Positions 22,224 through 31,735 are shown, counted from the stretch's first letter. The stretch: DNA of 46,711 nucleotides from an uncultured Atribacterota bacterium (GCA_964525625.1 CAZGKY010000002.1:1-46711), one strand, 5' to 3'. The notes: a model not told the origin generated them from the sequence alone. A program made the numbers and translations.

Positions 22224-23306
22224 ATGAAAAATATTGCCCTTATTTTGGCTGGTGGAAGAGGTAAGAGATTCTGGCCCCATAGTCGCTTTAATAAACCAAA
22301 GCAATTTCTGGCTACTCCTGGTGGGAATATTATGCTCCGAGACACCTTTGAACGATTATTGCCCTATTTTAATCCGGAGGATATTTATATTGCTACTATT
22401 GAAGATTTATTTCAACCCATCAGGGAGATAATTCCAGAAATTGATATACTAAATTATATTATTGAACCAGTAGGAAAGGATACTGCAGCCAGCATGGCCT
22501 TGGCCGCACTTCTCATTACCCATTATCGGGGAAAAGATATTAATATAGCTATATTTCCTATAGATCATTATATTCCAGAAAAAGAAAAATTTTACCAGTT
22601 ACTGGATAGTTCCTTTCAAGCTGTTCTAAGATATAATAAGCCTGTTATTGTTGGAATTGAACCAAAAAGGAAAGAGCCAAGATATGGTTATATTTGTGCA
22701 GCAACACAACCAGACCATTTTCGACAGATGAATCTTTATCCGATAAATTTATTTAAGGAAAAACCTGATTTTCACTGGATTGAACAATATAGTAAAAAAA
22801 ATCAATTATTCTGGAATAGTGCTATCTATATCTTTCCCGCCAGTATGATTCTAACTTTTATTGAAAAATATATGCCTGCCCTTGATAAGGCTATAAAAGA
22901 AATAGCTTTAAGTATCGGTACTTTAAGTAAAAGCGAGGTTATCAAAACACAATTTAGGAAGATCGATTCTATTTCTTTTGAATATGGAATTTTAGAAAAG
23001 GTTAATGATTTGTTGGTTATTAAAGGAGACTTAATTTGGGAGGATATTGGTTCCTGGCAGGCCATGGAGAGATTTATTCCGCATGATGCTCAGGGTAATA
23101 TCGTGCAGGGGGAATATATAGGGCTGGATACCCGTAATTGTATTATTATCAATGATAAAGGATTGACTGTTACCATTGGTCTTTCTAATCTGGTTATTAT
23201 TAATGATGGCCCTATTCAATTAATTTTTCCCAAAAATCGCGAAGGGGACATAAAAAAGATTATCAATCAGATGGCCAGAAATGAACGTTTTAAAAAGTAT
23301 ATTTAA
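22224..23306 (+). CDS. Mannose-1-phosphate guanylyltransferase family nucleotidyltransferase
   Basis: N-terminal LILAGGRGKRFWP...SRFNKPKQF signature of ManC/CpsB-type enzymes. No C-terminal isomerase domain. Confidence 0.8.
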   Translation: MKNIALILAGGRGKRFWPHSRFNKPKQFLATPGGNIMLRDTFERLLPYFNPEDIYIATIEDLFQPIREIIPEIDILNYIIEPVGKDTAASMALAALLITHYRGKDINIAIFPIDHYIPEKEKFYQLLDSSFQAVLRYNKPVIVGIEPKRKEPRYGYICAATQPDHFRQMNLYPINLFKEKPDFHWIEQYSKKNQLFWNSAIYIFPASMILTFIEKYMPALDKAIKEIALSIGTLSKSEVIKTQFRKIDSISFEYGILEKVNDLLVIKGDLIWEDIGSWQAMERFIPHDAQGNIVQGEYIGLDTRNCIIINDKGLTVTIGLSNLVIINDGPIQLIFPKNREGDIKKIINQMARNERFKKYI

Positions 23307-23401
23307 TTAGGCCAAAGGCAGTTGTTGGATTAATTATTTTTAATTATATGTCTGATACTAAAATCAACTTATAAACAACTATTGTTAAGGAGGGTCATAC
23401 C

Positions 23402-24595
23402 TTGAAAAAAAATTACTTTTTTACTTCCGAGTCTGTCACTGAGGGTCATCCCGATAAGGTTGCCGATCAAATATCTGATGCTATACTGGATGACCTATAC
23501 CGTCAGGATACCGAAGCAAGAGTTGCGGTAGAAACCCTGGTTGCCACTGGTTTAGTCTTAGTTGCCGGTCAGATTACCACCAGTGGATATGTCGATATTC
23601 CAAGGGTCGTTCGTGAAACAGTAAGAGAAATTGGTTATACCAGAGCAAAATATGGTTTTGACTGTGATACCTGTGCTGTATTGACTTCTATTGAAGAGCA
23701 ATCGCGAGATATTGCCCTTGGAGTAAATTATGCCTGGGAAGCACGAGAGAAAAAAATTGAACCAGAACAGGATAAATTTGCTTCTACTGGAGCGGGAGAT
23801 CAGGGTATGATGTTTGGTTATGCTTGTCGAGAGACTCCAGAATTGATGCCTTTGCCCATATCGTTAGCCCATAAACTAACCTTTCGCTTGGCCGAAGTAA
23901 GAAAAAATAAAACTATTCCTTATTTAAGGCCTGATGGAAAATCTCAGGTAACGATACAATATGAAAATGGTACTCCCAAAAGAATTGAAGCCATAGTTAT
24001 TGCTGCCCAGCATCATCCTCAGGTAGGATGGGAAACTATATATAAAGATATTTTGGAAAAGGTAATAAAAGCAGTTATTCCTGCGCATTATCTTGATGAA
24101 AAAACTAAATATTATATTAATACTACCGGTAGATTTGTCATTGGTGGCCCCCAGGCTGATACCGGTGTTACAGGTAGAAAAATTATCGTAGATACCTATG
24201 GTGGAGTGGGAAGTCATGGTGGAGGCTGTTTTTCCGGCAAAGACCCTACTAAAGTAGATCGTTCTGGAAGCTATGCTGCCCGATATATTGCTAAAAATAT
24301 TGTGGCTGCTGGTATTGCTGATAAGTGTGAAATAGAGATTGCCTATGCTATAGGGGTTGCTGAGCCAGTTTCTATTATGGTGGATACCTATAATACTGAA
24401 AGAATTCCCCATTCTCGCATAATTGAGATAATCAAAAAACATTTCGATTTAAGACCGGCTGCTATAATTGAACATTTAAAATTAAAAAGACCGATTTACA
24501 AAAAGACGGCAGCCTATGGTCATTTTGGTCGGGAGATAGAAGAATTTACCTGGGAGAAAACAGATAAAGCCGAAATATTAAAGAGAGAGCTGTAA
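23402..24595 (+). CDS. metK: S-adenosylmethionine synthetase
   Basis: [51 protein letters not shown] start after AAGGAGGG. Confidence 0.97.
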   Translation: MKKNYFFTSESVTEGHPDKVADQISDAILDDLYRQDTEARVAVETLVATGLVLVAGQITTSGYVDIPRVVRETVREIGYTRAKYGFDCDTCAVLTSIEEQSRDIALGVNYAWEAREKKIEPEQDKFASTGAGDQGMMFGYACRETPELMPLPISLAHKLTFRLAEVRKNKTIPYLRPDGKSQVTIQYENGTPKRIEAIVIAAQHHPQVGWETIYKDILEKVIKAVIPAHYLDEKTKYYINTTGRFVIGGPQADTGVTGRKIIVDTYGGVGSHGGGCFSGKDPTKVDRSGSYAARYIAKNIVAAGIADKCEIEIAYAIGVAEPVSIMVDTYNTERIPHSRIIEIIKKHFDLRPAAIIEHLKLKRPIYKKTAAYGHFGREIEEFTWEKTDKAEILKREL

Positions 24596-24674
24596 TTTAT
24601 TCCAATTGGTAATTAGAAAATGTTACAAAGAATCATTTTTCTTTGGATCGGGAAATAAATAAGGGAGGTATGAA

Positions 24675-25727
24675 ATGAATGTGAGCATAACTGAATTACT
24701 TAAGATTACCAGCGAAAGGGAAGCATCTGACTTACATATAACCGTAGGAATTCCGCCGACCTTACGGATTAATGGTGTTCTTTCTAAAATAGATTATCCC
24801 AACTTAACCGAGAGTGATGCTTATGAGATGATTTACAGTATCTTAAGTAATGAACAGCGTAAAAAATTTGAAGAAATTAAAGAGATCGATTTTTCCCTAG
24901 AGATTGTTAATGTTGCTCGCTTTAGGGTAAATGTTTTTATGCACAGACGTGGCATAGCCGGTGCCTTCCGGTTAATTCCTGAAAAGATAAAAACATTGGA
25001 GGAGTTGGGATTACCGCAAAGTTTGGCAGAATTTACCACAAAACCAAGAGGTTTGGTTTTAATTACGGGACCTACTGGCAGTGGAAAATCAACAACTATC
25101 TCCAGTCTTATTGATATTATTAATGAACAGCAAAAGCTGCATATTATCACTATTGAAGACCCTATTGAATTCATTCACCAGCATAAGAACTGTATTATTG
25201 ATCAACGTGAAGTAGGTCTTCATACTCAATCATTCGCCTATGCCTTAAGAAGTACCTTAAGAGAGGATCCCGACGTTATCTTAGTAGGAGAAATGAGAGA
25301 TTTAGAAACCATCTCCATGGCCGTTACTGCTGCCGAGACCGGACATTTAGTATTTTCTACCTTACATACCAACAGTGCCGCTGAAACAGTAGAACGTATT
25401 ATAGATGTATTCCCTGCTCATCAGCAGAGGCAAATCCGTATTCAACTGGCAGAATCCTTGCAGGGAGTTATCTCCCAGACCTTACTTCCCACTATTGATC
25501 AGACCAAACGAGTACCTGCGGTGGAGATAATGGTGGCAACACCAGCTATAAAAAATATTATTCGTGAAGAACGCATTCACATGATTCCGGCAGCCATTCA
25601 GGGGTCTCAACAGTATGGTATGCAGACTATGGATCAATCTCTGCGTCAGTTATATCATAGTCATATTATCGATAGAGAAACAGCTTTATCTAAAGCCAGT
25701 GATCCCAAATTTGTCATTTCTCATTAA
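24675..25727 (+). CDS. pilT: Type IV pilus retraction ATPase PilT
   Basis: 350 aa, PilT size class. Walker A GPTGSGKST, Asp box, Walker B ILVGEMRD, His box TGHLVFSTLHT. Confidence 0.9.
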   Translation: MNVSITELLKITSEREASDLHITVGIPPTLRINGVLSKIDYPNLTESDAYEMIYSILSNEQRKKFEEIKEIDFSLEIVNVARFRVNVFMHRRGIAGAFRLIPEKIKTLEELGLPQSLAEFTTKPRGLVLITGPTGSGKSTTISSLIDIINEQQKLHIITIEDPIEFIHQHKNCIIDQREVGLHTQSFAYALRSTLREDPDVILVGEMRDLETISMAVTAAETGHLVFSTLHTNSAAETVERIIDVFPAHQQRQIRIQLAESLQGVISQTLLPTIDQTKRVPAVEIMVATPAIKNIIREERIHMIPAAIQGSQQYGMQTMDQSLRQLYHSHIIDRETALSKASDPKFVISH

Positions 25728-25757
25728 TATAAAAAAATGATATTTCTATTAATAATT

Positions 25758-25786
25758 TTGACTTTAAGAGTTAGATTCGGTAAAAT
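25758..25786 (+). promoter_or_regulatory. Candidate sigma-70 promoter of the T-box leader
   Basis: TTGACT (25758-25763), 17 nt spacer, TAAAAT (25781-25786). Predicts a leader of about 255 nt ending at the terminator. Confidence 0.5.
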
Positions 25787-25792
25787 ATCACC

Positions 25793-26048
25793 AGAATTTG
25801 CACTTTACCATTTTTAAATAGTATTGTTAATAGATAACCAGGGGAAAGTAGATTACCATAACTTACTGGTATCGAAGGACATCCTCTCATTTTTCTTTAC
25901 GGAATAAGACTTTTTTATTATTATCTATTCGTTAACGCGCGTTAGCATAACGAGCGGAATGGGGATTATCTCCATTCAAGAAGGGTGGCACCGCGAAAAG
26001 TAATTTTCGTCCCTGATAATATTATTTCTTAATATTATCAGGTTTTTT
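25793..26048 (+). promoter_or_regulatory. T-box riboswitch leader upstream of hisS-asnS
   Basis: T-box sequence AAGGGUGGCACCGCG at 25981-25995. Antiterminator AGGG[UGGCACC]GCG...CGUCCCU. Stem III is GAAUGGG/UCCAUUC at 25957-25977. F-box-like GCGUUA at 25939-25944. A mutually exclusive 12-bp terminator follows. Confidence 0.88.
26012..26048 (+). terminator. Intrinsic terminator of the T-box leader
   Basis: Perfect 12-bp stem CCTGATAATATT / AATATTATCAGG with a 7-nt loop, followed by TTTTTT. The 5' arm overlaps the antiterminator 3' arm. Confidence 0.88.
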
Positions 26049-26219
26049 ATTTAATGAGATATTGCATAAATACGGATTATATTCCATAGAGACATCATTG
26101 AATATACACTTTATGTGTGAGGAGATTTTATTTTTCTATTATTATCTGTTATGGTCGAATTCATTTTGTATAATATTATTGTCAAATCAATTATATGTTT
26201 ATAAGGAGAAAAGAGAACT

Positions 26220-27491
26220 GTGTTAGCAAGATTACCCAAAGGAACCAGCGATATACTTCCTAACCAGATAGATTACTGGTATTATCTGGAAAATATTATA
26301 CGAGAAGTATTGCAAAATTATGGTTATCGAGAAATTAGAACACCGGCTTTTGAATATACCGAATTGTTTGTCCGGGGAATAGGTCAGGCAACTGATATTG
26401 TTACCAAAGAGATGTTTACTTTTCAAGATCGCAAAGGTCGTAGTCTTACTCTGCGCCCTGAAGGAACTGCACCAGTAGTAAGGGCTTATATAGAACATAA
26501 TCTTAGTCGGGAAACCTCTCTGAATAAATTATTTTACTTAGGCAGTATGTTTCGTTGTGAAAAACCGCAGGCTGGTAGATACCGCCAGTTTAATCAGTTT
26601 GGCTTAGAAGCCATCGGTTCTCCCTTACCGATTATTGACGCAGAGATTATCTCAGCTTCCTGGGCTGTTTATCAGAAATTAGGGTTAACAGACTTAACGT
26701 TAATACTGAATAGTGTTGGTTGTCGGCAATGCCGACCAGGATATCTGATGGCTTTAAGGGATTATTTTGGTGCAAAGAGAAATTCCTTATGTTCTGATTG
26801 TCAATTGCGTTATGATAAAAATCCTCTTAGAATATTGGATTGTAAAAAAGAAAAATGTCAGATAGAGATTAAGAAGTGTCCCTCTATTTTGAATTATTTA
26901 TGTACAGAATGCACGGATCATTTTAGTAAGTTGCGCCAATACCTGGATAGTCTTGGTCTTAATTATCAGATTAATCCTTTATTGGTAAGAGGATTGGATT
27001 ACTATACCAAAACTGCTTTTGAAATAATTTCCGGAGAATTGGGAGCTCAAAATGCTGTAGGTGGTGGGGGAAGGTATGATTTTCTGGTAGAAGAGCTAGG
27101 AGGTAGACCCACACCGGCAGTGGGTTTTGCTGCTGGTATGGAAAGAATTATTGAAACTATGATGAAAAAGGGTATCCAGATTCCAGTCTGGAAGGGCATA
27201 CAAGTTTTTATAGCTACTACCAGTTCCAAAGAAATTCCCTTTGCCTTGCAAATTGCTAATCAAATAAGAGCAGCAGGGGTGGCAACAGAGATGGATTTTC
27301 TTGGTAAAAGTTTAAAAGCACAACTAAGAACAGCCAATAAAATGCAAGTTCCTTTTGTGTTACTTTTAGGTGCTGAAGAGTTAAGGGAACATAAAGTAAT
27401 TATAAAAGATATGCTACGGGGAACCCAACAATCAATTACCAGAGATAATATTTTACTCTATTTGCAAGAGCATCTTTTAAAGAGTAATTAA
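26220..27491 (+). CDS. hisS: Histidyl-tRNA synthetase
   Basis: 423 aa. GTG start after AAGGAGA. Class II motifs (YREIRTPAFEYTELF; FRCEKPQAGRYRQF; GGGGRYD). Confidence 0.95.
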   Translation: MLARLPKGTSDILPNQIDYWYYLENIIREVLQNYGYREIRTPAFEYTELFVRGIGQATDIVTKEMFTFQDRKGRSLTLRPEGTAPVVRAYIEHNLSRETSLNKLFYLGSMFRCEKPQAGRYRQFNQFGLEAIGSPLPIIDAEIISASWAVYQKLGLTDLTLILNSVGCRQCRPGYLMALRDYFGAKRNSLCSDCQLRYDKNPLRILDCKKEKCQIEIKKCPSILNYLCTECTDHFSKLRQYLDSLGLNYQINPLLVRGLDYYTKTAFEIISGELGAQNAVGGGGRYDFLVEELGGRPTPAVGFAAGMERIIETMMKKGIQIPVWKGIQVFIATTSSKEIPFALQIANQIRAAGVATEMDFLGKSLKAQLRTANKMQVPFVLLLGAEELREHKVIIKDMLRGTQQSITRDNILLYLQEHLLKSN

Positions 27492-27558
27492 TCAATGATT
27501 GGGATTTGTGTAAATATTTCTTAAATCATCTAGTTTTTGAAAAGGAGGAAGGAGTCTG

Positions 27559-28854
27559 ATGAAAGAAATCACTATAGCTGAGGTGGGCAAACACGAAGGA
27601 GAATTCATTACTATAAAAGGATGGCTATACAATCAACGTTCCAGCGGCAAAGTAAAATTTATGATTATTAGAGATGGAACCGGATTTTTACAGGGGACTT
27701 TACTTCAAAATGAAATGGAGGAGCAGTATTTTAACTTATTAGATGAGTTAAATTATGAATCTTCCCTTATTGTAGAGGGAATTATAAAAAAAGAGCACCG
27801 AGCACCTGGTGGTTATGAAATGCTGGTGAAGACTATTCGGGTAATTCAGAATGCCCATGAAGATTATCCCATCTCGCTTAAAAAGCATGGTGTTGGGTTT
27901 TTAATGAATTATCGCCATCTCTGGATTAGAACCCAAAGACAGAATGCTATTTTAAGAATTAGAGTAGAAATTGTAAAAACCATTCATCAGTTTTTACAGA
28001 ATAAGGGCTTTTTTCTTATCGAATCCCCTATTTTAACTCCCGCTGCCTGTGAAGGAACTACTACTCTCTTTGAAACAGATTATTTTGGAGATAAAGCTTA
28101 TTTAACCCAGAGTGGTCAATTATATAATGAGGCCAGTGCTATGGCTTTTGGTAAGGTATACTGTTTTGGTCCTACCTTCCGGGCAGAGAAATCTAAAACG
28201 AGAAGACATTTAATGGAGTTCTGGATGGTTGAACCAGAAGCAGCTTATTTCGATTTTTATGATAATAATAAGTTACAGGAAGAATTGATTATAGCTATTG
28301 TTCATCATGTAGTGAAGAATTGTACTGCTGAGTTGGAAGTATTAGAAAGAGATATCTCAGCTTTGAAAAAAATAGAGTCACCTTTTCCTTATTTATCTTA
28401 TGATGAGGCTATTAAATTGGTACAGCAAGAGGGTAGTACTACCCAGTGGGGTGAAGATTTGGGTGGCGAAGACGAGACTATTATTTCTAAACATTATGAT
28501 AAACCGGTCTTTATTCATCATTTTCCTACCAAATGTAAAGCCTTTTATATGAAACCAGATCCAGAAAGACCCGAGACTGTTTTAGGAGCTGACTTAATTG
28601 CTCCCGAAGGATTTGGTGAAATAATTGGAGGGGGACAACGAATCGATGATTATCAGCTAATTAAACAGAGAATAAGAGATTATCAACTACCGGAAAAAGA
28701 CTATCAATGGTATATTGATTTAAGAAAATATGGTTCTGTGCCACATTCTGGTTTTGGATTAGGTATTGAAAGAACTGTGGCCTGGATAGGAAATCTACCT
28801 CATATTAGAGAGACTATTCCCTACCCCCGAATGTTGAATAAGATTTACCCCTGA
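27559..28854 (+). CDS. asnS: Asparaginyl-tRNA synthetase
   Basis: 431 aa. N-terminal OB fold. Class IIb motif FRAEKSKTRRHLMEFWMVEPE is characteristic of AsnRS. C-terminal GFGLGIER. Confidence 0.9.
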   Translation: MKEITIAEVGKHEGEFITIKGWLYNQRSSGKVKFMIIRDGTGFLQGTLLQNEMEEQYFNLLDELNYESSLIVEGIIKKEHRAPGGYEMLVKTIRVIQNAHEDYPISLKKHGVGFLMNYRHLWIRTQRQNAILRIRVEIVKTIHQFLQNKGFFLIESPILTPAACEGTTTLFETDYFGDKAYLTQSGQLYNEASAMAFGKVYCFGPTFRAEKSKTRRHLMEFWMVEPEAAYFDFYDNNKLQEELIIAIVHHVVKNCTAELEVLERDISALKKIESPFPYLSYDEAIKLVQQEGSTTQWGEDLGGEDETIISKHYDKPVFIHHFPTKCKAFYMKPDPERPETVLGADLIAPEGFGEIIGGGQRIDDYQLIKQRIRDYQLPEKDYQWYIDLRKYGSVPHSGFGLGIERTVAWIGNLPHIRETIPYPRMLNKIYP

Positions 28855-29070
28855 CTCTATGGTAGGTTAGATATTTATATTTTATATAGTATAAGTGAAT
28901 AGTAGTAAGAAATATATTATTAACTTAAGAATAAAAATTGGAAAAATAAATAATTAGTCCCAGAAGAAAGTAAATAAGGAAAATTCAGTGCCTATGTGCC
29001 CTGTTTTTTATGTTATACCATTTATTTATTATTTATTAGATCTATTTTAATTAAGGAGTGAAGCAGTAAG

Positions 29071-30870
29071 ATGAGTATTCCTGAAAAAGACAAAAATGAA
29101 CTAGAAATATGGCAAAGAACCCATAGTTGTGGTGAATTAAGTAAGAAGAATATAAAGGAAAAAGTAACTCTGATGGGATGGGTTAATTCCCGTCGAGACC
29201 ATGGTGGACTTATCTTTGTGGATTTAAGAGATAGAGAAGGAAAAACACAAATAGTTTTTGATCCTCAGGTAGCTAATGAGGCGCATTTAATGGCTCATAA
29301 AATAAGAAATGAATATGTTCTGGCCATTAAAGGAGAGGTAATTCCCAGAGGAGAAGATGCTATCAACCCTAACATAAAGACTGGTGAGATTGAGGTTAAA
29401 GTAAGCAAAATGAAAATTTTAAATCAATCCGAGCCCTTACCTTTTAGCATCAATGAATATACTGAAGTGGGAGAAGATATACGTTTAAGGTATCGCTACC
29501 TGGATTTGAGAAGATCAGAAATGAAAAATAATCTTATACTACGTCATCGAGTCTGCCATTTGATCAGGAATTTCTTAAATGAGAGAGGTTTTTTAGAAAT
29601 AGAAACACCATTTTTAACCAGAAGCACACCAGAGGGAGCTCGGGACTATATCGTACCTAGTCGAGTAAATCCAGGGAAATTTTATGCTCTTCCTCAGTCA
29701 CCACAATTATTTAAACAATTATTGATGATCAGTGGTCTGGATAAATATTTTCAGATAGTAAGATGTTTCCGTGATGAAGATTTAAGAGCAGATAGAGCCC
29801 CGGAATTTACTCAATTAGATATGGAGATGTCTTTTATTAATCGGCATGAATTATTTAACCTCATTGAGGATTTAATGGTTCATCTCTTTAAAGAAATTTT
29901 ACAGATTAAGATTAAGAAACCTTTCCCTCAATATGCTTATGATGAAGTTATTTCCAAATATGGAGTGGATAAGCCTGATTTAAGATATGGTATGGAGATT
30001 CACAATTTAAATAAGGTATTGGCAAAAACTAAATTTGTCATCTTCCAGGAGGTGCTGGCAGAGGGGGGCAAAATTGGTGCTCTGAAAACAGAATGTCCGG
30101 AAAAATTTTCACGAAAAAATATTGATGATTTGGATGTTTTTATCAAATCCTTAGGTTTAGGGGGTTTAGCTTATATCCGCTTCAAAGAGGGTAATCAAAT
30201 TCAAACCTCCTTAGGAAAGTATATTAGTGAAGAAGAAATAACACTATTAAAAAACGAAATGCAGGCTCGAGCTGGTGACCTCATTTTTATCGTGGCTGGT
30301 AACCAGGAAAAGGTTAATCAATCCCTTGGTCTGCTTCGCATAAAATTAGCTCATACTTTAAATATAATTCCAGAAAACCAGTATCGATTTTTATGGGTTA
30401 CTAATTTTCCTTTATTTGAATATTCTCAAACAGAAAAGAGATTTACCTCGATGCACCATCCCTTTACCGCTCCGTTAGAGGAGGATATTCCCATGCTGGA
30501 TAGCCATCCTTATCAGGTGCGTTCTCAGGCCTATGATTTGGTCCTCAATGGTAATGAAATTGGAGGAGGGAGTATTCGTATTCACCGTACTGAATTACAG
30601 CAAAAGATCTTTACTTTGTTGGGTATAACAAGAGAAGAAGCTCAACAAAAATTTGGTTTTCTCCTGGAAGCCTTGCAATATGGAGCCCCACCTCATGGTG
30701 GTATTGCCTTTGGAATGGATAGATTGGTAATGTTATTGGCTGGAACTACGTCTATCCGTGAGGTAATAGCCTTTCCAAAAACACAAAAGGCGACCTGTCT
30801 TTTAACTGGCGCACCAGCAGAGGTTAACCCTGAGCAGTTGAAGGAATTGCATTTAAAAATAGATCTATAA
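29071..30870 (+). CDS. aspS: Aspartyl-tRNA synthetase (bacterial type)
   Basis: 599 aa with the GAD insertion domain; [29 protein letters not shown]. Confidence 0.96.
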   Translation: MSIPEKDKNELEIWQRTHSCGELSKKNIKEKVTLMGWVNSRRDHGGLIFVDLRDREGKTQIVFDPQVANEAHLMAHKIRNEYVLAIKGEVIPRGEDAINPNIKTGEIEVKVSKMKILNQSEPLPFSINEYTEVGEDIRLRYRYLDLRRSEMKNNLILRHRVCHLIRNFLNERGFLEIETPFLTRSTPEGARDYIVPSRVNPGKFYALPQSPQLFKQLLMISGLDKYFQIVRCFRDEDLRADRAPEFTQLDMEMSFINRHELFNLIEDLMVHLFKEILQIKIKKPFPQYAYDEVISKYGVDKPDLRYGMEIHNLNKVLAKTKFVIFQEVLAEGGKIGALKTECPEKFSRKNIDDLDVFIKSLGLGGLAYIRFKEGNQIQTSLGKYISEEEITLLKNEMQARAGDLIFIVAGNQEKVNQSLGLLRIKLAHTLNIIPENQYRFLWVTNFPLFEYSQTEKRFTSMHHPFTAPLEEDIPMLDSHPYQVRSQAYDLVLNGNEIGGGSIRIHRTELQQKIFTLLGITREEAQQKFGFLLEALQYGAPPHGGIAFGMDRLVMLLAGTTSIREVIAFPKTQKATCLLTGAPAEVNPEQLKELHLKIDL

Positions 30871-30874
30871 AAAT

Positions 30875-30891
30875 CAGTATACCCGTATATC
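30875..30891 (+). repeat. Direct repeat CAGTATACCYGTATATC, copy 1
   Basis: 16/17 identical to 31288-31304. The two copies bracket the repeat-rich part of the aspS/6S intergenic region. Confidence 0.6.
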
Positions 30892-30920
30892 GTAGATAGT
30901 CTTTAGTATTTATTCGTGAG

Positions 30921-30986
30921 TCATTGGTCGTTGGTATTTAGTCGTTGGTATGTTAGTATTTAGCATTTAGTATTTGGTATTTAGTA
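30921..30986 (-). repeat. Heptanucleotide tandem-repeat tract (ACTAAAT/ACCAACG type, read on - strand)
   Basis: Reverse complement reads actaaat accaaat actaaat gctaaat actaaca(t) accaacg actaaat accaacg accaatg. About 9 units with one 8-nt unit. Confidence 0.7.
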
Positions 30987-31020
30987 AAAATTTACTGTAT
31001 TAGTTTCTGGTATAATTCTT

Positions 31021-31071
31021 CTCGGGGAGAAATGGATGAGATTGCTTCAGCGCTACGCGCTTCGCAATGAC
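31021..31071 (-). repeat. Hairpin repeat module GTCATTGCGA..GCAATCTCATCC, copy C (- strand)
   Basis: Reverse complement is GTCATTGCGAAGCGCGTAGCGCTGAAGCAATCTCATCCATTTCTCCCCGAG. With flanking heptamers (31021-31108) it is 81/88 identical to 41325-41412. Confidence 0.85.
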
Positions 31072-31074
31072 ATA

Positions 31075-31107
31075 TTGGTCGTTAGTCATTGGTCGTTGGT
31101 ATTTAGT
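31075..31107 (-). repeat. Heptanucleotide tandem-repeat tract (ACCAACG type, - strand)
   Basis: Reverse complement reads actaaat accaacg accaatg actaacg accaa. Part of the 88-nt composite repeat. Confidence 0.65.
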
Positions 31108-31184
31108 GGTGCTTCGTGTATATTTTGTTATGTGTATGGATTACATTAGTAAAAAATAATCATACAGAAAAATATTCCACCAAA

Positions 31185-31219
31185 AACTAAAAACTATAAA
31201 CTAAAAACTATGAACTTCA
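31185..31219 (+). repeat. Heptanucleotide tandem-repeat tract (AACTAWA)
   Basis: aactaaa aactata aactaaa aactatg aacttca, with AAC recurring at an exact 7-nt period. Abuts hairpin copy D. Confidence 0.7.
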
Positions 31220-31221
31220 GA

Positions 31222-31263
31222 GTCATTGCGAGCACTGCTTGGGCAGTGCGTGGCAATCTCATT
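31222..31263 (+). repeat. Hairpin repeat module, variant copy D
   Basis: GTCATTGCGA-GCACTGC-TTGG-GCAGTGC-GTGGCAATCTCATT. Same conserved flanks as the other copies but a different, fully complementary 7-bp inner stem. Confidence 0.75.
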
Positions 31264-31287
31264 GTAATATTCCCGCATAAGCTTATG

Positions 31288-31304
31288 CAGTATACCTGTA
31301 TATC
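31288..31304 (+). repeat. Direct repeat CAGTATACCYGTATATC, copy 2
   Basis: Matches 30875-30891 with one C/T difference. Preceded by the perfect 14-nt palindrome GCATAAGCTTATGC (31275-31288). Confidence 0.6.
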
Positions 31305-31390
31305 AGTATAACGCATAATGTAGTTAGTCGCTAGCATTGCGTATTGTGTACATTAATATAAAAAATATTTTCAAAAAATATTTATCTATG

Positions 31391-31432
31391 AAACATAAAC
31401 CAAAAACCATTAACTATAAACCAAAAACTATA
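31391..31432 (+). repeat. Heptanucleotide tandem-repeat tract (AACYAWA)
   Basis: aaacata aaccaaa aaccatt aactata aaccaaa aactata. The first 19 nt are identical to 44964-44982. Confidence 0.75.
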
Positions 31433-31458
31433 TCAATATAATTTCATTATGAAAATAA

Positions 31459-31487
31459 TTGTTTTTTTTTCAGAAATGTGCTATATT
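31459..31487 (+). promoter_or_regulatory. Candidate promoter of the 6S-like RNA
   Basis: TTGTTT, 17 nt spacer, TATATT, with an extended -10 TG (TGCTATATT at 31479-31487). Predicted start is near 31494. Confidence 0.45.
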
Positions 31488-31493
31488 AAAATG

Positions 31494-31735
31494 GAACTAA
31501 GAAATTGCCAAATTACCCTGCTGTGAACGCTTAACTGAATAAGTTTTGACCCAACACTTTTTAAAAAGGAAATCGACCTCCGGGTGTGTAAGGCAAGCCT
31601 GTGGTTTCCCGTTGGGGTTACCTAAGATTAACAGTAATGTTAATTAACTGGAAGCCTGAAGCATTCGGGTAGATATCCACCTGTTTGAGGGTCGGTATCA
31701 AAACTTGAAGTTAGCGACATAGCGGGGTTATTATT
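31494..31735 (+). ncRNA. ssrS: Candidate 6S RNA (boundaries approximate)
   Basis: GC-enriched island in AT-rich spacer. A long interrupted closing stem is visible: 31515-31525 pairs with 31718-31728 (11 bp), 31528-31536 with 31709-31716 (8 bp plus bulge), 31541-31549 with 31698-31706 (9 bp). It encloses unpaired segments and inner stems (31579-31586 with 31661-31668). It lies directly upstream of 5-formyl-THF cyclo-ligase, as ssrS-ygfA does in E. coli. Confidence 0.6.

Noticed and set aside
23307-23401. SAM (S-box) riboswitch upstream of metK
   Set aside because: Only 95 nt are available. None of the conserved S-box elements or a terminator hairpin is visible.
23924-24442. 172-aa ORF antisense to metK; similar long antisense ORFs at 33204..33689, 33933..34277, 24833..25174, 43855..44181, 39029..39343 and others
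   Set aside because: All lie entirely inside strongly supported + strand genes. They have Ser/Ile/Phe/Asn-rich low-complexity composition typical of shadow ORFs in AT-rich DNA, and no recognisable motifs or ribosome-binding sites.
28855-29070. Separate T-box or terminator between asnS and aspS
   Set aside because: No T-box consensus or convincing stem-loop plus U-tract was found. CAGTGCCTATGTGCCCTGTTTTTT is not self-complementary. Whether aspS is co-transcribed with hisS-asnS therefore remains open.
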